Shown here piece by piece: positions 9,638 to 19,566 of a DNA stretch of 64,000 nucleotides. A program made the translations under genes and the position numbers. The DNA is from an uncultured bacterium (GTDB lineage Bacteria > Patescibacteriota > Minisyncoccia > Phycocordibacterales > UBA11359): the NCBI GenBank assembly GCA_903831815.1, contig CAIKZC010000009.1, positions 5,576-69,575 on the forward strand, given 5' to 3'. Each line of letters starts with the position of its first letter. Within the stretch, counting starts at the first letter, position 1. The notes under the pieces were generated by a model that was not told where the DNA came from, ran no database searches, and saw only the letters and a list, made by a program, of their open reading frames with translations.

Positions 9638-10897
9638 TTAGCCGGTGATCACGACATTATTTATCTCGTAGATATTTTTTACGACATAATGGTCCGTAAA
9701 GCTTATGTCTTTACCATCGGAAATATATGGATCGCGCATAAGATAATTTCCGTTGGATCCGCCGGTCAAGACCACAAAATGTGTTCCGCCATATGCGCGT
9801 ATACCTACAACGACCGGATGACCGCTTCTTAACGTTGAATCAATAACCGCAACTTTTCGCGTGGCAGTCACTCCGCCAACGTAAATCGTCTTCAACAAGT
9901 AAGCGGGATAATATGTCGCGAAATTGTCAGGATTGGAATTAATGGTTTGAGGCGTGACACTTTTATATCCATAATGTGTCATGATCATCGCCATCGAGGT
10001 GACAAGACATCCATCGCTAGCAAGTCTATATGTCGTGCCATTAAGAGAATTGTTCCCCCATGCGCTGTCTCGTTGATTGTAATAACATCCCCAATTATCA
10101 CAGACGGTTTGATTTGTGAGAAGCCCCGAGCCTCCGGCATTTTTGGCAAAAGCAGTAAAGCTGGCGAGTTGAGACTTGGCGGAAGCAAGCAAGGCTTGAT
10201 ATTTGGATTCTTGGGCCTTTGTCTCGGCCAACAACTGGTCTTTGGCCTTTTTTGTCGCCAATAGCGAAGATTGTTGTTCGGCAAGCGATTGTTTTTGAGA
10301 GGTCAAAACGTTTTGTTTCTGTTTTGTGGCGTTTTGCGAATCAGCCAATTTGGTTTTCTCCGTCTTTAAGGAATCCACGTTATTTTTGATCGAATTTTGA
10401 ACCTGGATCAGTGCGCCGATATCGTTCCATGCATCATCGACTGTTTCGGATGAAAGAAAATACTCTAAAAACGATTCGTTGTCGGTTTTTTGGAGATTGC
10501 GAAAGTAATTTGCCAGCGTCGATTTATTTTCGTCGATGGTTTTTTGAGTCGAGACGATATCGGAACCGAGTTGCTGAATTTGTAAACCTGTCGTATTGAT
10601 CTGTTTTTGTATAACCGAGATCTGGGTTTCGATCTTGGTTCTTTTTAAGGTTAGATCATCGATTGCGGCCTGTAAGGTCTTTTTATCGGCTCCTGCTTTG
10701 GTCAGCGCAGCTTGGTATTCGGCGATCTTTTTATTTAGATCCGAAATTTGTTGATTATTTGCATCTATCTGACTTTGTAAAACTGCGTTTGATGAAGATG
10801 TCGCAGCGAAAGTTTTGGGAGTACCAAACACGGTCATGGTCAGAAAAACCAAAGTAATGACAAATAATATATAAATGTTTGACCTTTTTATAGACAT
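9638..10897 (-). CDS. PcsB/CwlO-type coiled-coil cell-wall hydrolase with C39-like papain-fold domain
   Basis: Signal peptide and long coiled coil; C-terminal YYNQRD ... GCLVTS ... THFVV ... RDP (Q/C/H/D set). Confidence 0.8.
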   Translation of the reverse strand: MSIKRSNIYILFVITLVFLTMTVFGTPKTFAATSSSNAVLQSQIDANNQQISDLNKKIAEYQAALTKAGADKKTLQAAIDDLTLKRTKIETQISVIQKQINTTGLQIQQLGSDIVSTQKTIDENKSTLANYFRNLQKTDNESFLEYFLSSETVDDAWNDIGALIQVQNSIKNNVDSLKTEKTKLADSQNATKQKQNVLTSQKQSLAEQQSSLLATKKAKDQLLAETKAQESKYQALLASAKSQLASFTAFAKNAGGSGLLTNQTVCDNWGCYYNQRDSAWGNNSLNGTTYRLASDGCLVTSMAMIMTHYGYKSVTPQTINSNPDNFATYYPAYLLKTIYVGGVTATRKVAVIDSTLRSGHPVVVGIRAYGGTHFVVLTGGSNGNYLMRDPYISDGKDISFTDHYVVKNIYEINNVVITG

Positions 10898-12253
10898 CTA
10901 TAGGAAAAGTTTTTTTATCGCAGCGTCGATCCTTTCCGAAGCGATAGTTGTCCCAAGAATGGAGATCAACACAAACGGATCCGGAGATTTATCTTTTCCG
11001 GAAAGAGCAAATCGAAGCGGCCACAAAACCTGACCTCGACCTTTTTCTGAAGCATACTCCCACAGAGCGGCTTTAGTTTGTTCTGGAGTTGGAAATTCCG
11101 GGATATTTTTGATGGTTTTCAAAATAAATTGAAGATGTCCGGCAGTTAAAGCCTTGTCCGACTCCCCTTTCCACATTAATTTCTCTTTTGCAAAATTTCC
11201 CGCTTTTGAAATAAAATCAGTAGTCAAATAATCAAACTCGCCATTTTTTACAAGCAAATCGATGTCACCGAAAACAGATATGTGATCAATAATGGATGGA
11301 AGCGCCCGTTCCAGTAATTCTCTTGGATAATCAGGCATTTTTTGATAAACTATTTCCAAAATTTCATTTGCCGACAATTTTTTGATGTATTCGCGATTGA
11401 GCCATTTCAATTTTTCCACATTAAATATCGCTCCGCCTTTTTGCACTTTTTCGATGGTGAATTTTTTAACGAAATCATCCAGACTGAGCAACTCCTCGTC
11501 GTTTCCGGGATTCCAGCCGAGCATGCCGATAAAGTTGATGAGAGATTCCTTCAAATAGCCCTGTTCGCGGTAAAATTTCAAAGAAACGGCCTCACCATGT
11601 TTCCTTTTGGACAATTTTGACCGATCTTCGGCTAAAATAAGGGGTAAATGGGCGTAAATTGGCCGTGGTGCGCCGATTGTCTCCTGAATCAGTATTTGTC
11701 TCGGAGTGTTGGAAATATGGTCCTCGCCGCGGATAACGTGAGTAATTCCGGCCTCAAAATCGTCTACTACGACGGCAAAATGGAAGATTGGTTCATCAAT
11801 GCTTTTAGCGATCACGAAATCGCCGAGTTCAGTCGTGTCGAACTCAACGTGACCACGAATTAAGTCGTCAAAAGCGACTTTTTTGTTGGGATTTTTAAAA
11901 CGAATTACTTCTTCCCTATCCCCTTCTTTCCCAACTTTTTCTTTAGAAATATATGCGGCACCACTATCAATTATTTTTTGCAAATATTTTTTGTGAATAT
12001 CGGCTCGTTCGGATTGTCGGAAAAATTCATCGTGGTTCAAACCGAGCCATTCTAGACCGTCCATAATATCTTTTTCGTATTCAGGTGTACTTCGTGCCTT
12101 ATCTGTGTCTTCAATACGCAAAACAAATTTGCCGTCATTTTGTTTAGCATATAAATAAGAAAAAAGTGCAGTTCTAACACTGCCGATATGCAAAAAACCG
12201 GTCGGAGAAGGTGCAAAACGCGTGACAACTTTTGAATTGGTTGTATCAGTCAT
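10898..12253 (-). CDS. gltX: Glutamate--tRNA ligase
   Basis: RFAPSPTGFLHIG, LRIEDTD, RGEDH, KLSKR. Confidence 0.96.
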   Translation of the reverse strand: MTDTTNSKVVTRFAPSPTGFLHIGSVRTALFSYLYAKQNDGKFVLRIEDTDKARSTPEYEKDIMDGLEWLGLNHDEFFRQSERADIHKKYLQKIIDSGAAYISKEKVGKEGDREEVIRFKNPNKKVAFDDLIRGHVEFDTTELGDFVIAKSIDEPIFHFAVVVDDFEAGITHVIRGEDHISNTPRQILIQETIGAPRPIYAHLPLILAEDRSKLSKRKHGEAVSLKFYREQGYLKESLINFIGMLGWNPGNDEELLSLDDFVKKFTIEKVQKGGAIFNVEKLKWLNREYIKKLSANEILEIVYQKMPDYPRELLERALPSIIDHISVFGDIDLLVKNGEFDYLTTDFISKAGNFAKEKLMWKGESDKALTAGHLQFILKTIKNIPEFPTPEQTKAALWEYASEKGRGQVLWPLRFALSGKDKSPDPFVLISILGTTIASERIDAAIKKLFL

Positions 12254-12286
12254 AACACAACCATTATAACATATAAAATAAAGAGT

Positions 12287-13414
12287 TTAGTCTTCGTGCT
12301 GTAATGCCAAGTTTACGATCTCTTGAGCAATTTTGTCGGCGGCGTCTGTCTTGGCAAAAGATTTTGCGCCGTCAGACATTTTCTGCCAAACTTCCGGATT
12401 GTCGACAATGCGATTGATTTCGGAAATAAGTAAATGGGATGCCAAATTGTTCTCTTCAATAACTTCGGCGCCGCCACTGCGCGCGTAGGCAAAAGCGTTG
12501 GAAGTTTGATCGTGACTCACAGCTTCACTGATCGGAATGATGATTGAAGGTTTTCCCCAAGCAGCAATCTCAAAGATTGTAGAACCGGCACGCGAGATGA
12601 TCAATTTAGCTACGCCTGCCGCCATACGCATTTCAAGAGCGTTCAAATATTGCATAGGTCGATAATTGGCAGCGTTAGGGTTTCCGCCAAGCACAACATT
12701 CACGGTCGTTATCACTTCATCATAATTGGCTTTACCTGTCTGATGAATGATTTGAAATTTTTCAACCAAAGTCGGCAAAGATTCAATTATTGTTTCGTTA
12801 ATAATCTTTGAACCAAGAGACCCGCCGACGATAAAAACGCAAGGAATTTCCGGTTTCAATTTTAAATAATCATGAGCTCCGACTGTAAGCGGTTCCGAAA
12901 CTTCCTTGCGAATCGGGTTACCGGTAAACGCAACTTTGTCAGCAGGAAAATATTGAGCTGCCGTTGGATATGAAATGGCGATGCGACGAGCGAATTTTGC
13001 AGCCCATGCATTGACGCGACCGGGTTTACTGTCGGATTCGTGAATTATCACGGGTATTCGTAAAATTTTAGCGGCAAAAAGCACCGGGAAACTGGCATAT
13101 CCACCCTTCCCGAAAATTACATCGGGATATAGTTTATAAACCATGTATGTCGATCTGACGACTCCCCAAGCGGTCTTGAAAAGATCAAAAAAGTTTAAGA
13201 TCGAAAAATAACGTCTAATTTTTCCGGCAGAAATTTGTTGGAATTTAATGTTATTTTCAAAAAGGACTCTGGCGTCAAACGGAGTTGGCGCCATGTAGTA
13301 TAATTCCGGCGTTAATAAATGTTGCTCTTTGACAACTTTGTTTATAGATTGAGCGACACCGATTATGGGATTAAAATGTCCACCTGTTCCTCCTCCAGTA
13401 AAAAGTATTTTCAT
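12287..13414 (-). CDS. murG: UDP-GlcNAc:lipid I GlcNAc transferase
   Basis: GGGTGGH, GGYASFP, GNPIR, GGSLG, SRAG. Confidence 0.95.
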   Translation of the reverse strand: MKILFTGGGTGGHFNPIIGVAQSINKVVKEQHLLTPELYYMAPTPFDARVLFENNIKFQQISAGKIRRYFSILNFFDLFKTAWGVVRSTYMVYKLYPDVIFGKGGYASFPVLFAAKILRIPVIIHESDSKPGRVNAWAAKFARRIAISYPTAAQYFPADKVAFTGNPIRKEVSEPLTVGAHDYLKLKPEIPCVFIVGGSLGSKIINETIIESLPTLVEKFQIIHQTGKANYDEVITTVNVVLGGNPNAANYRPMQYLNALEMRMAAGVAKLIISRAGSTIFEIAAWGKPSIIIPISEAVSHDQTSNAFAYARSGGAEVIEENNLASHLLISEINRIVDNPEVWQKMSDGAKSFAKTDAADKIAQEIVNLALQHED

Positions 13415-13426
13415 AAATTTATTATC

Positions 13427-14548
13427 TTATTCTAAACTGACCTTCTCTTTTTGTCGAACCGAGTTTTTGGAAATGTTTAATATTATGCCGGCTTCGGCCA
13501 GGGTGAACATAAGAGCGGTACCGCCATGACTGACAAAAGAAAGCGGAATACCCGTTAGCGGCATTACACCGATGATTGCGCCAATGTTTATCAAGGCTTG
13601 CGCGGTAATAAGAGTAATAATCCCGACAGCCAATAAGCGACCAAAAACGTCATTACTGTGAGCGGCGATCTTAAAGCCGCGTAAAGCAAAGAAAACAAAA
13701 ATTATTATTATACTGAAACTGCCGATTAAACCGAATTCTTCAGCGGCAACAGCAAAGATCGAGTCACCGATCGGTTCCGGTAAAAAATTAAATTTTTGAA
13801 TACTTTGACCAAAACCTCGACCTGTAATACCTCCGGATCCAACGGCGATGAGTGCCTGCTGAACTTGATAACCGGCACCTTGAGAGTCTGAGGTTGGGTG
13901 CAAAAATGTTGTAAATCGCGCCGCTACATATGGACGAAAAAAAGCTAAACCGGCTATAGCTAGAACACAACAAAAAGTGATAATGACGATGTGCGAAAAT
14001 CTCGCCCCGGCGGCGATGTAAATTGCAAGTAGTGCTAGAAAAATAACCATAAAAGTGCCATTGTCCGGCTGTTTCAACAACAAAGCTGCAACACTTAAGG
14101 TAATCAGAGAGAAAGGAATTAGACTTTTTGCGGAAAGAGCAAGTCTGTCTTTATGTTTAGAAAACAATGCAGCTAGCAAAATTACGGAAGCAATTTTTAA
14201 AAGCTCTGCAGGTTGAAATGTGTATGAACCAAAAGTGATCCAACGCGCCGCTCCGCCGTGAGCAAACCCGATGTGCGGTACGAAAACCAACGCGGTCAAT
14301 CCGAGCGAAAAAATAAAGATGAGCGGCGCGAACGTTCTGTATTTCCTGAAATTAATATTTGAAGTGCCAATCATTATGATTGTTCCGATAACCGCAATCC
14401 CCGCTTGCTTTAATGCAACAGTTGCAAAGTTAGCTCCTTCTCTAGCCACTAAGCCCAAAGACGCCGACATAAACACAAAAAATCCGGACACAATCAAAAG
14501 AATTGTTGCCAGCAAAAATAATCTATCTGATTTTACTTTAGTTGTCAT
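13427..14548 (-). CDS. ftsW: SEDS peptidoglycan glycosyltransferase
   Basis: GAARW, QPAE, QPDNGT, GYQ, PLTGIPL; located between mraY and murG. Confidence 0.92.
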   Translation of the reverse strand: MTTKVKSDRLFLLATILLIVSGFFVFMSASLGLVAREGANFATVALKQAGIAVIGTIIMIGTSNINFRKYRTFAPLIFIFSLGLTALVFVPHIGFAHGGAARWITFGSYTFQPAELLKIASVILLAALFSKHKDRLALSAKSLIPFSLITLSVAALLLKQPDNGTFMVIFLALLAIYIAAGARFSHIVIITFCCVLAIAGLAFFRPYVAARFTTFLHPTSDSQGAGYQVQQALIAVGSGGITGRGFGQSIQKFNFLPEPIGDSIFAVAAEEFGLIGSFSIIIIFVFFALRGFKIAAHSNDVFGRLLAVGIITLITAQALINIGAIIGVMPLTGIPLSFVSHGGTALMFTLAEAGIILNISKNSVRQKEKVSLE

Positions 14549-14571
14549 GGATAAAATTCACCAAAAATATT

Positions 14572-15651
14572 TTACAAAATAGGCGGTTGAACCAAAAATG
14601 CAATCGTCACACCAATAATGGCGAAAATAATCGTCAAAATCCAATATCGCATCGTCACTTTATATGATGGCCACCCTTTGGCTTCAAAATGATGATGCAA
14701 AGGAGCCACAAGAAATACTTTTTTGCCGTTCCTGAATTTTTTGGAAAGCATTTGAATTACAACGGAAGCAGTTGTGACAATTAGTGGCAAAGCGACGATC
14801 GGTAAAACAAAAATACCGTATCCGTTACTGTGGGTACCGGTCATAAACACAACCACAGAAAGGGTGATGGTGAGTGCCATACTTCCAGTCTCAGACATAT
14901 AAAAACGAGCTGGCGGAATATTAAACCAAAGAAAAGCCAAAATCGCTCCGGTAAGAGCAAAACAAAAAGTGGCCAAATTTATCTGTTGTTGGTGAATCGC
15001 AATGACGCCGTAGGCCGAAAAAATAATTGAAAACACTCCGCCGGCCAAACCGTCGATTCCGTCGATCACCCCTCCGGAATAAAGTAACATTGAGAGTAAA
15101 ATGAAGAACGGCACAATTAGCCATCCCAAATATAATTCTCCCCACGGTGTGCCGATACCGACAACGCCAAGTCGAACATAAAACCAAACTCCGCAAAACA
15201 AAGAAACAAGACCGACTGCGATCAATCTTTTTTTAAGGGAAAGTCCACCGACAAAATTTCCGGAAATTTCAAAAAAATCGTCAACCAATCCAACCAAAGC
15301 TCCTATCATCATGGTGACAAACGGAATCCATGTTTGATTTCGACTCAAAAAATCAAGTTTACTGATTATTGGATTTGGAAAGAATTTGGCCAATAACCAC
15401 ATGCCAACGATCGTAATAGAAGCGGACATCCATATAATTACGCCACCCATGCGTGGAGTTCCAACTTCCTTATCTTTGTGAAGTTCATTAAAAATCGGCG
15501 CACCTTTGCCGTCCAAGCCGACTTTACCGCATTTTTTCTTCCACATTTTATGTGAATAGAGATAATTTGAGACAAAAGGAGTGATAGCAATGCCAATAAA
15601 GAATGACAGAGTCGCCGCTATGAAAATTTTAACACCATCGATAATAATCAT
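14572..15651 (-). CDS. mraY: Phospho-N-acetylmuramoyl-pentapeptide transferase
   Basis: GTPRMGG, GLVDD, DGIDGL, APLHHHFE. Confidence 0.95.
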   Translation of the reverse strand: MIIIDGVKIFIAATLSFFIGIAITPFVSNYLYSHKMWKKKCGKVGLDGKGAPIFNELHKDKEVGTPRMGGVIIWMSASITIVGMWLLAKFFPNPIISKLDFLSRNQTWIPFVTMMIGALVGLVDDFFEISGNFVGGLSLKKRLIAVGLVSLFCGVWFYVRLGVVGIGTPWGELYLGWLIVPFFILLSMLLYSGGVIDGIDGLAGGVFSIIFSAYGVIAIHQQQINLATFCFALTGAILAFLWFNIPPARFYMSETGSMALTITLSVVVFMTGTHSNGYGIFVLPIVALPLIVTTASVVIQMLSKKFRNGKKVFLVAPLHHHFEAKGWPSYKVTMRYWILTIIFAIIGVTIAFLVQPPIL

Positions 15652-15666
15652 GAATTTTGCCCTTTA

Positions 15667-16647
15667 TTATAACACATTTAAAGTTTGATTTGTCGCCTTA
15701 ATCAATGACAACACATCCGTAAAACGATCGTTGTAAGTCGAACCGAGAACAACGACAATAATCGGATAATTTACCCCCGCATCGTAAATAATGGCTAAAT
15801 TTCCTCCAGCAAGATCGCTGTAACCAGTTTTTGAACCAATAATTCCCGGGATATTATTTATCTCCTCGTCTGTATTTGTGGCAGTGTGTTTGAAATTATC
15901 AAGCGACGAAGTTGTAAATGTTGCGTAACGAGTTGCCTCAAAAATTTCCGGATGATTTTGTAAAGTGTATGAAAAAAGTTTGGCGACGTCAGCGGCTGAA
16001 CCGTAGGCACCACTTCGTGTTATTGATTCATCGAGACCCGTTGGATTGAAAAATTGCATCGATGATAATCCCAGTAATTGCGCTTTCTCGTTCATTTTTT
16101 CAACAAAGTTTGAACTTGCAGTATTGGCGATCGCAGATGCGCCATCGTTTGAAGATATCGATAAAGTAAAATTCAATAATTTTTTAAAAGTCCATCTTTC
16201 ATTGAGGAAAAGTCCTGTATCGCCGTCTTGTGCCAGATCTCCCACTTCGATTGAAATCGTGGATGTTGGAGAAAGTAATTCTGAAGCCACATCGGCCGTC
16301 ATGATCTTTGTGATAGAGGCTAAAGGCAAAACGTCATTTGCGTTTTTTGCGAATAAAACTTTTTGATTTTTTATATCCCAAACAAAGGCCGATTTGGCTT
16401 TTAGTGATGTTGCGAAAAACGGATCGATGTTTGCGATCGTTGAAGTTGAATTAATAGCGACAAGCGAATTGGTTTGAGTTTTACTTGGATTGTGTCTGCC
16501 AATACCTGATAAGTATGCGACTATGGAGCAAATTAGCATTACAAAAATTATCGCAGCAATTTGTCCGCCGTGACTTTTATCGTTTGTATGTACACTCGGT
16601 TCCACGATAGGCTGCGTTTCCGGTATTTTGTTAAATTCCTGTTCCAT
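15667..16647 (-). CDS. D-Ala-D-Ala carboxypeptidase (peptidase S11)
   Basis: SITK (SxxK), SSN and KTG motifs; N-terminal TM anchor. Confidence 0.9.
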   Translation of the reverse strand: MEQEFNKIPETQPIVEPSVHTNDKSHGGQIAAIIFVMLICSIVAYLSGIGRHNPSKTQTNSLVAINSTSTIANIDPFFATSLKAKSAFVWDIKNQKVLFAKNANDVLPLASITKIMTADVASELLSPTSTISIEVGDLAQDGDTGLFLNERWTFKKLLNFTLSISSNDGASAIANTASSNFVEKMNEKAQLLGLSSMQFFNPTGLDESITRSGAYGSAADVAKLFSYTLQNHPEIFEATRYATFTTSSLDNFKHTATNTDEEINNIPGIIGSKTGYSDLAGGNLAIIYDAGVNYPIIVVVLGSTYNDRFTDVLSLIKATNQTLNVL

Positions 16648-17197
16648 TTTCTGAAATTGTTTCCGTATTCGTCTCCTTTTTGATTAATGCGGCAAGTTCC
16701 TCTTGCACCTTTTCGTATTCCGGGAGTTCAGATATATTTGAAATTGAAAGCATTTGTAAAAGTTCGAAAGTTGGACGATATAAAAAGCGTCGCTCGCCTT
16801 TTTCATCAACGATTTTTTCGACTAACCCGCGGACGAGCAGATTTCGCAAAATAAATTGCGAATTAACTCCACGAATGTAATCGATCTCTCTTCGGGCAAT
16901 GGGCCCTTTGTAAAGTACGATGGATAAAGTTTCAAGACCGGCTTTGCCGAGGTCGCGATTGATTTCCTCTTTGACCAAGCCCTCGATTAGCGGCGCGACC
17001 TCGGCCCGGGTCGCCAGCATTATCTCATCATCTTTAGTCACAATAGTTAAAGCGCCGGCCTCCAAGCGTTTTTTCAACATTTCTATCCCCTGCTCGATTT
17101 CGGCCGGCGTTTTTTCCAAAATTTTAGCAATATTTTTGATTGAAACGTTTTCTCCGCGAAAAAATAAAATTGCCTCGATTTGTTGGTCTAAATTCAT
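16631..17197 (-). CDS. scpB: Segregation and condensation protein B
   Basis: IEAILF, LETLSIVLYKGPI, IRGVNS. Confidence 0.93.
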   Translation of the reverse strand: MNLDQQIEAILFFRGENVSIKNIAKILEKTPAEIEQGIEMLKKRLEAGALTIVTKDDEIMLATRAEVAPLIEGLVKEEINRDLGKAGLETLSIVLYKGPIARREIDYIRGVNSQFILRNLLVRGLVEKIVDEKGERRFLYRPTFELLQMLSISNISELPEYEKVQEELAALIKKETNTETISENGTGI

Positions 17198-17218
17198 AAG
17201 GGTTAGTATAACAATAAA

Positions 17219-17950
17219 TTAATATTTCGGCACACCGATTTCGTTGTTCGTTTCCATCTTGATGTCATCAAATTTTTGTTCTTGCATGACGCTGATAACG
17301 CCTTGCTTTACGAGCTCAAGCATCGCCAGAAAACTAATAATCACGTTCACTTTTTCATCTTTGTGCACATTGGCAAATTCACGAAAACTCATTTTCAAAC
17401 TCGAAGTAATTCGTTGTGTCAATCGGCCAATCATATCTTCAAGACTTATAACCTTGCGCACAATCGCTTTCGGCAAAATCTCTTTTCTCGGAAAATTTTT
17501 AATAACTTCAAACATGGCGGAAACCAAATTAGGTAAAGTCATTTTTGCGTGAGGTGAAAAAACTTTAACTTCGATTTTATTATTTTCCTTGGCAAAAAGC
17601 ATTTGTTTTCCGAATCTTTCTTTCACATGCACGGACAACTCCTTCATTCGCGCATAAATCTTGAGCCGAGCCTCCAAGTCCTCGATACTCGCCTGTTCTT
17701 CTTCGGTCAAATCAAGCGTCGGTAAAAGTGATTTTGATTTGATGAGCAAAAGCGTCGAAGCGATCAAAATAAAATCGGCGCTATCGGCGATGGGAAAACT
17801 TTCAAAATTCTTTACATACGCGATAAAATCGTCGGTTACTTTTGCTAAAGCGATGTCGTTGATGAAAAGCTTTCGTTTTTCAATAAGATTGAGCAGTAAC
17901 TCCAAAGGTCCTTCAAAAACCGAGGTTTTTATCTTAAATCCCTGATCCAT
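17219..17950 (-). CDS. scpA: Segregation and condensation protein A
   Basis: FEGPLELLL, IKSKSLLP, FLAMLELVK. Confidence 0.93.
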   Translation of the reverse strand: MDQGFKIKTSVFEGPLELLLNLIEKRKLFINDIALAKVTDDFIAYVKNFESFPIADSADFILIASTLLLIKSKSLLPTLDLTEEEQASIEDLEARLKIYARMKELSVHVKERFGKQMLFAKENNKIEVKVFSPHAKMTLPNLVSAMFEVIKNFPRKEILPKAIVRKVISLEDMIGRLTQRITSSLKMSFREFANVHKDEKVNVIISFLAMLELVKQGVISVMQEQKFDDIKMETNNEIGVPKY

Positions 17951-18075
17951 ATTTTCACATTTTACCACAAAATCTCGAAATAATCCCGGTTTTTATCAAC
18001 TTTACACATTTTTATATAAATGTTTCAATTACGTTGGAAGTGTTTGCTCTTTTTATCGATATCGAGGAGGCCTTT

Positions 18076-18555
18076 ATGCTTATTGGAATGCACGAGGAAG
18101 ATACTGCCGCTAGCCTGTTAACTCCAAGTTTGGTCTTGGAGAAGGTTAAGTTCAGTTTGGCGTCGGAATCTCGTTCTGTCGGTCAGATTGATGCCCAATC
18201 TCTTTTGATAGATGTGTTGGGTCTCAACTCTATCTACGAAATCGATTGGGGCAAACTAATTTCCCGTTTGGAGAAGGAGTTTGAGATCAAATTCAAGAAA
18301 AAGCACAGGAACGGATTGGTACCCGGTGCTTTCGCGGATTGGATCAATATCCCGATGCATTTGATGAACCATCGCGGAATGTTTACGATTCTGGCCAGAG
18401 AAAAAGTCGTAGACTACTTTGATGGTTTCGGTAACCTTACGGCCTTTAAGGAGGAACCGACGTTCGAGTGTTTTTGCAAATTGTATACGGTTCAGCTCAT
18501 CGTGGATTATGTAAGTCTGAGGCTAAGGACAAAGGCGAAGAAAAGCGTACTCTGA
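18076..18555 (+). CDS. Acyl carrier protein-like protein with a large helix II-IV insertion
   Basis: VLEKVK ... SLLIDVLGLNSI ... LISRLEKEFEIKF ... YTVQLIVDYV aligns by eye to ACP helices; GAGGAGG SD. Confidence 0.6.
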   Translation: MLIGMHEEDTAASLLTPSLVLEKVKFSLASESRSVGQIDAQSLLIDVLGLNSIYEIDWGKLISRLEKEFEIKFKKKHRNGLVPGAFADWINIPMHLMNHRGMFTILAREKVVDYFDGFGNLTAFKEEPTFECFCKLYTVQLIVDYVSLRLRTKAKKSVL

Positions 18556-18628
18556 AAAAAGGGGCTGGGAAAGACGAACATCGAAAACCGAGCCGGTTGC
18601 ATCCATTGCGACCCGCCCGGTTTTTCTT

Positions 18629-18657
18629 TTGACAATAGAGTCTCATTATGCCATAAT
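18629..18657 (+). promoter_or_regulatory. sigma70 promoter TTGACA-17-CATAAT with extended -10
   Basis: Near-consensus hexamers with 17-bp spacing, immediately after the terminator at 18583-18628. Confidence 0.75.
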
Positions 18658-18732
18658 CGTCATCGGAAAATAAGGGTCAGGGAGTGTTTCCTGACCCCAT
18701 ACAGCACATTAGTTTTGCAGAGAGGAATTCGT

Positions 18733-19500
18733 ATGTCTTCGATTATGGTCTTCGGCGCCAACTGCTTAGTTGGTATCGAATCGTACAAGGTTCTGACTTT
18801 GAAACACAAGGTCACACCTTGTGTCGATACAGTGGAGAGTAAGGAGCGATTCTTGGGACTCATCGGAAAAGAGACCGATCATGACGTCAGAACATCGGTC
18901 GCTGTCGCAGACGTGAAAGCATCTCAGCGGTGTCGGAAAGCAATCGCGCTTGCCGCCCCGGACGTGGTGATATATTGCATTGGTTCGTATCCGTATCCGG
19001 ACCATCCTCAGGATCCAAAGTTCTGGACGGAATTGATATCGGATGGATTTGAAAGCCTCAGCACCACAGTTGATCTGTTGCCGGCGAGACCGAGGCCGAC
19101 CTTTATCGTAATCGGTTCAACCACATCTGACCTACTGGCCGACAATTCGGGAAAGATTCGTCCTCCGTTTTGGTCGATGATCGAGTCTTTCGCAAATGCT
19201 CACCATCACCTACAAAAAAGGATTGGTGAGTTACGATGTAAATCAAAGGATCCAAATGAGCGAAGGATTATCCATCACCTGAGGATTCCCGCCCTGCTCG
19301 TCGGCTCCTCATTCTACAAGCACATCTCCGCCGGAGTGCGATCCGGGAGCAAATGCACAACGGTGAAAGCTATCCTGGCTGAGCTAACACTTATCTGCAA
19401 TCACTATCAATCTCTGACGGAGAGCGAAGACATTGATGTCGCAGACAGGAACTGCAAAGACACTACCATAAATTCTGCGGAAGTTGCCGTTCTTGCTTAA
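18733..19500 (+). CDS. Degenerate short-chain dehydrogenase/reductase (Rossmann)-like protein
   Basis: IMVFGANCLVG (GxxxxxG-like), VADV, PDVVIYCIG, FIVIGS; YxxxK absent (FANAH instead). Confidence 0.6.
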   Translation: MSSIMVFGANCLVGIESYKVLTLKHKVTPCVDTVESKERFLGLIGKETDHDVRTSVAVADVKASQRCRKAIALAAPDVVIYCIGSYPYPDHPQDPKFWTELISDGFESLSTTVDLLPARPRPTFIVIGSTTSDLLADNSGKIRPPFWSMIESFANAHHHLQKRIGELRCKSKDPNERRIIHHLRIPALLVGSSFYKHISAGVRSGSKCTTVKAILAELTLICNHYQSLTESEDIDVADRNCKDTTINSAEVAVLA

Positions 19501-19566
19501 TTCATGAAGAATCACCTAGCGTGAAAACTCGAGTTGGTTGCACTTATCGCGACTGACTCGATTTTT

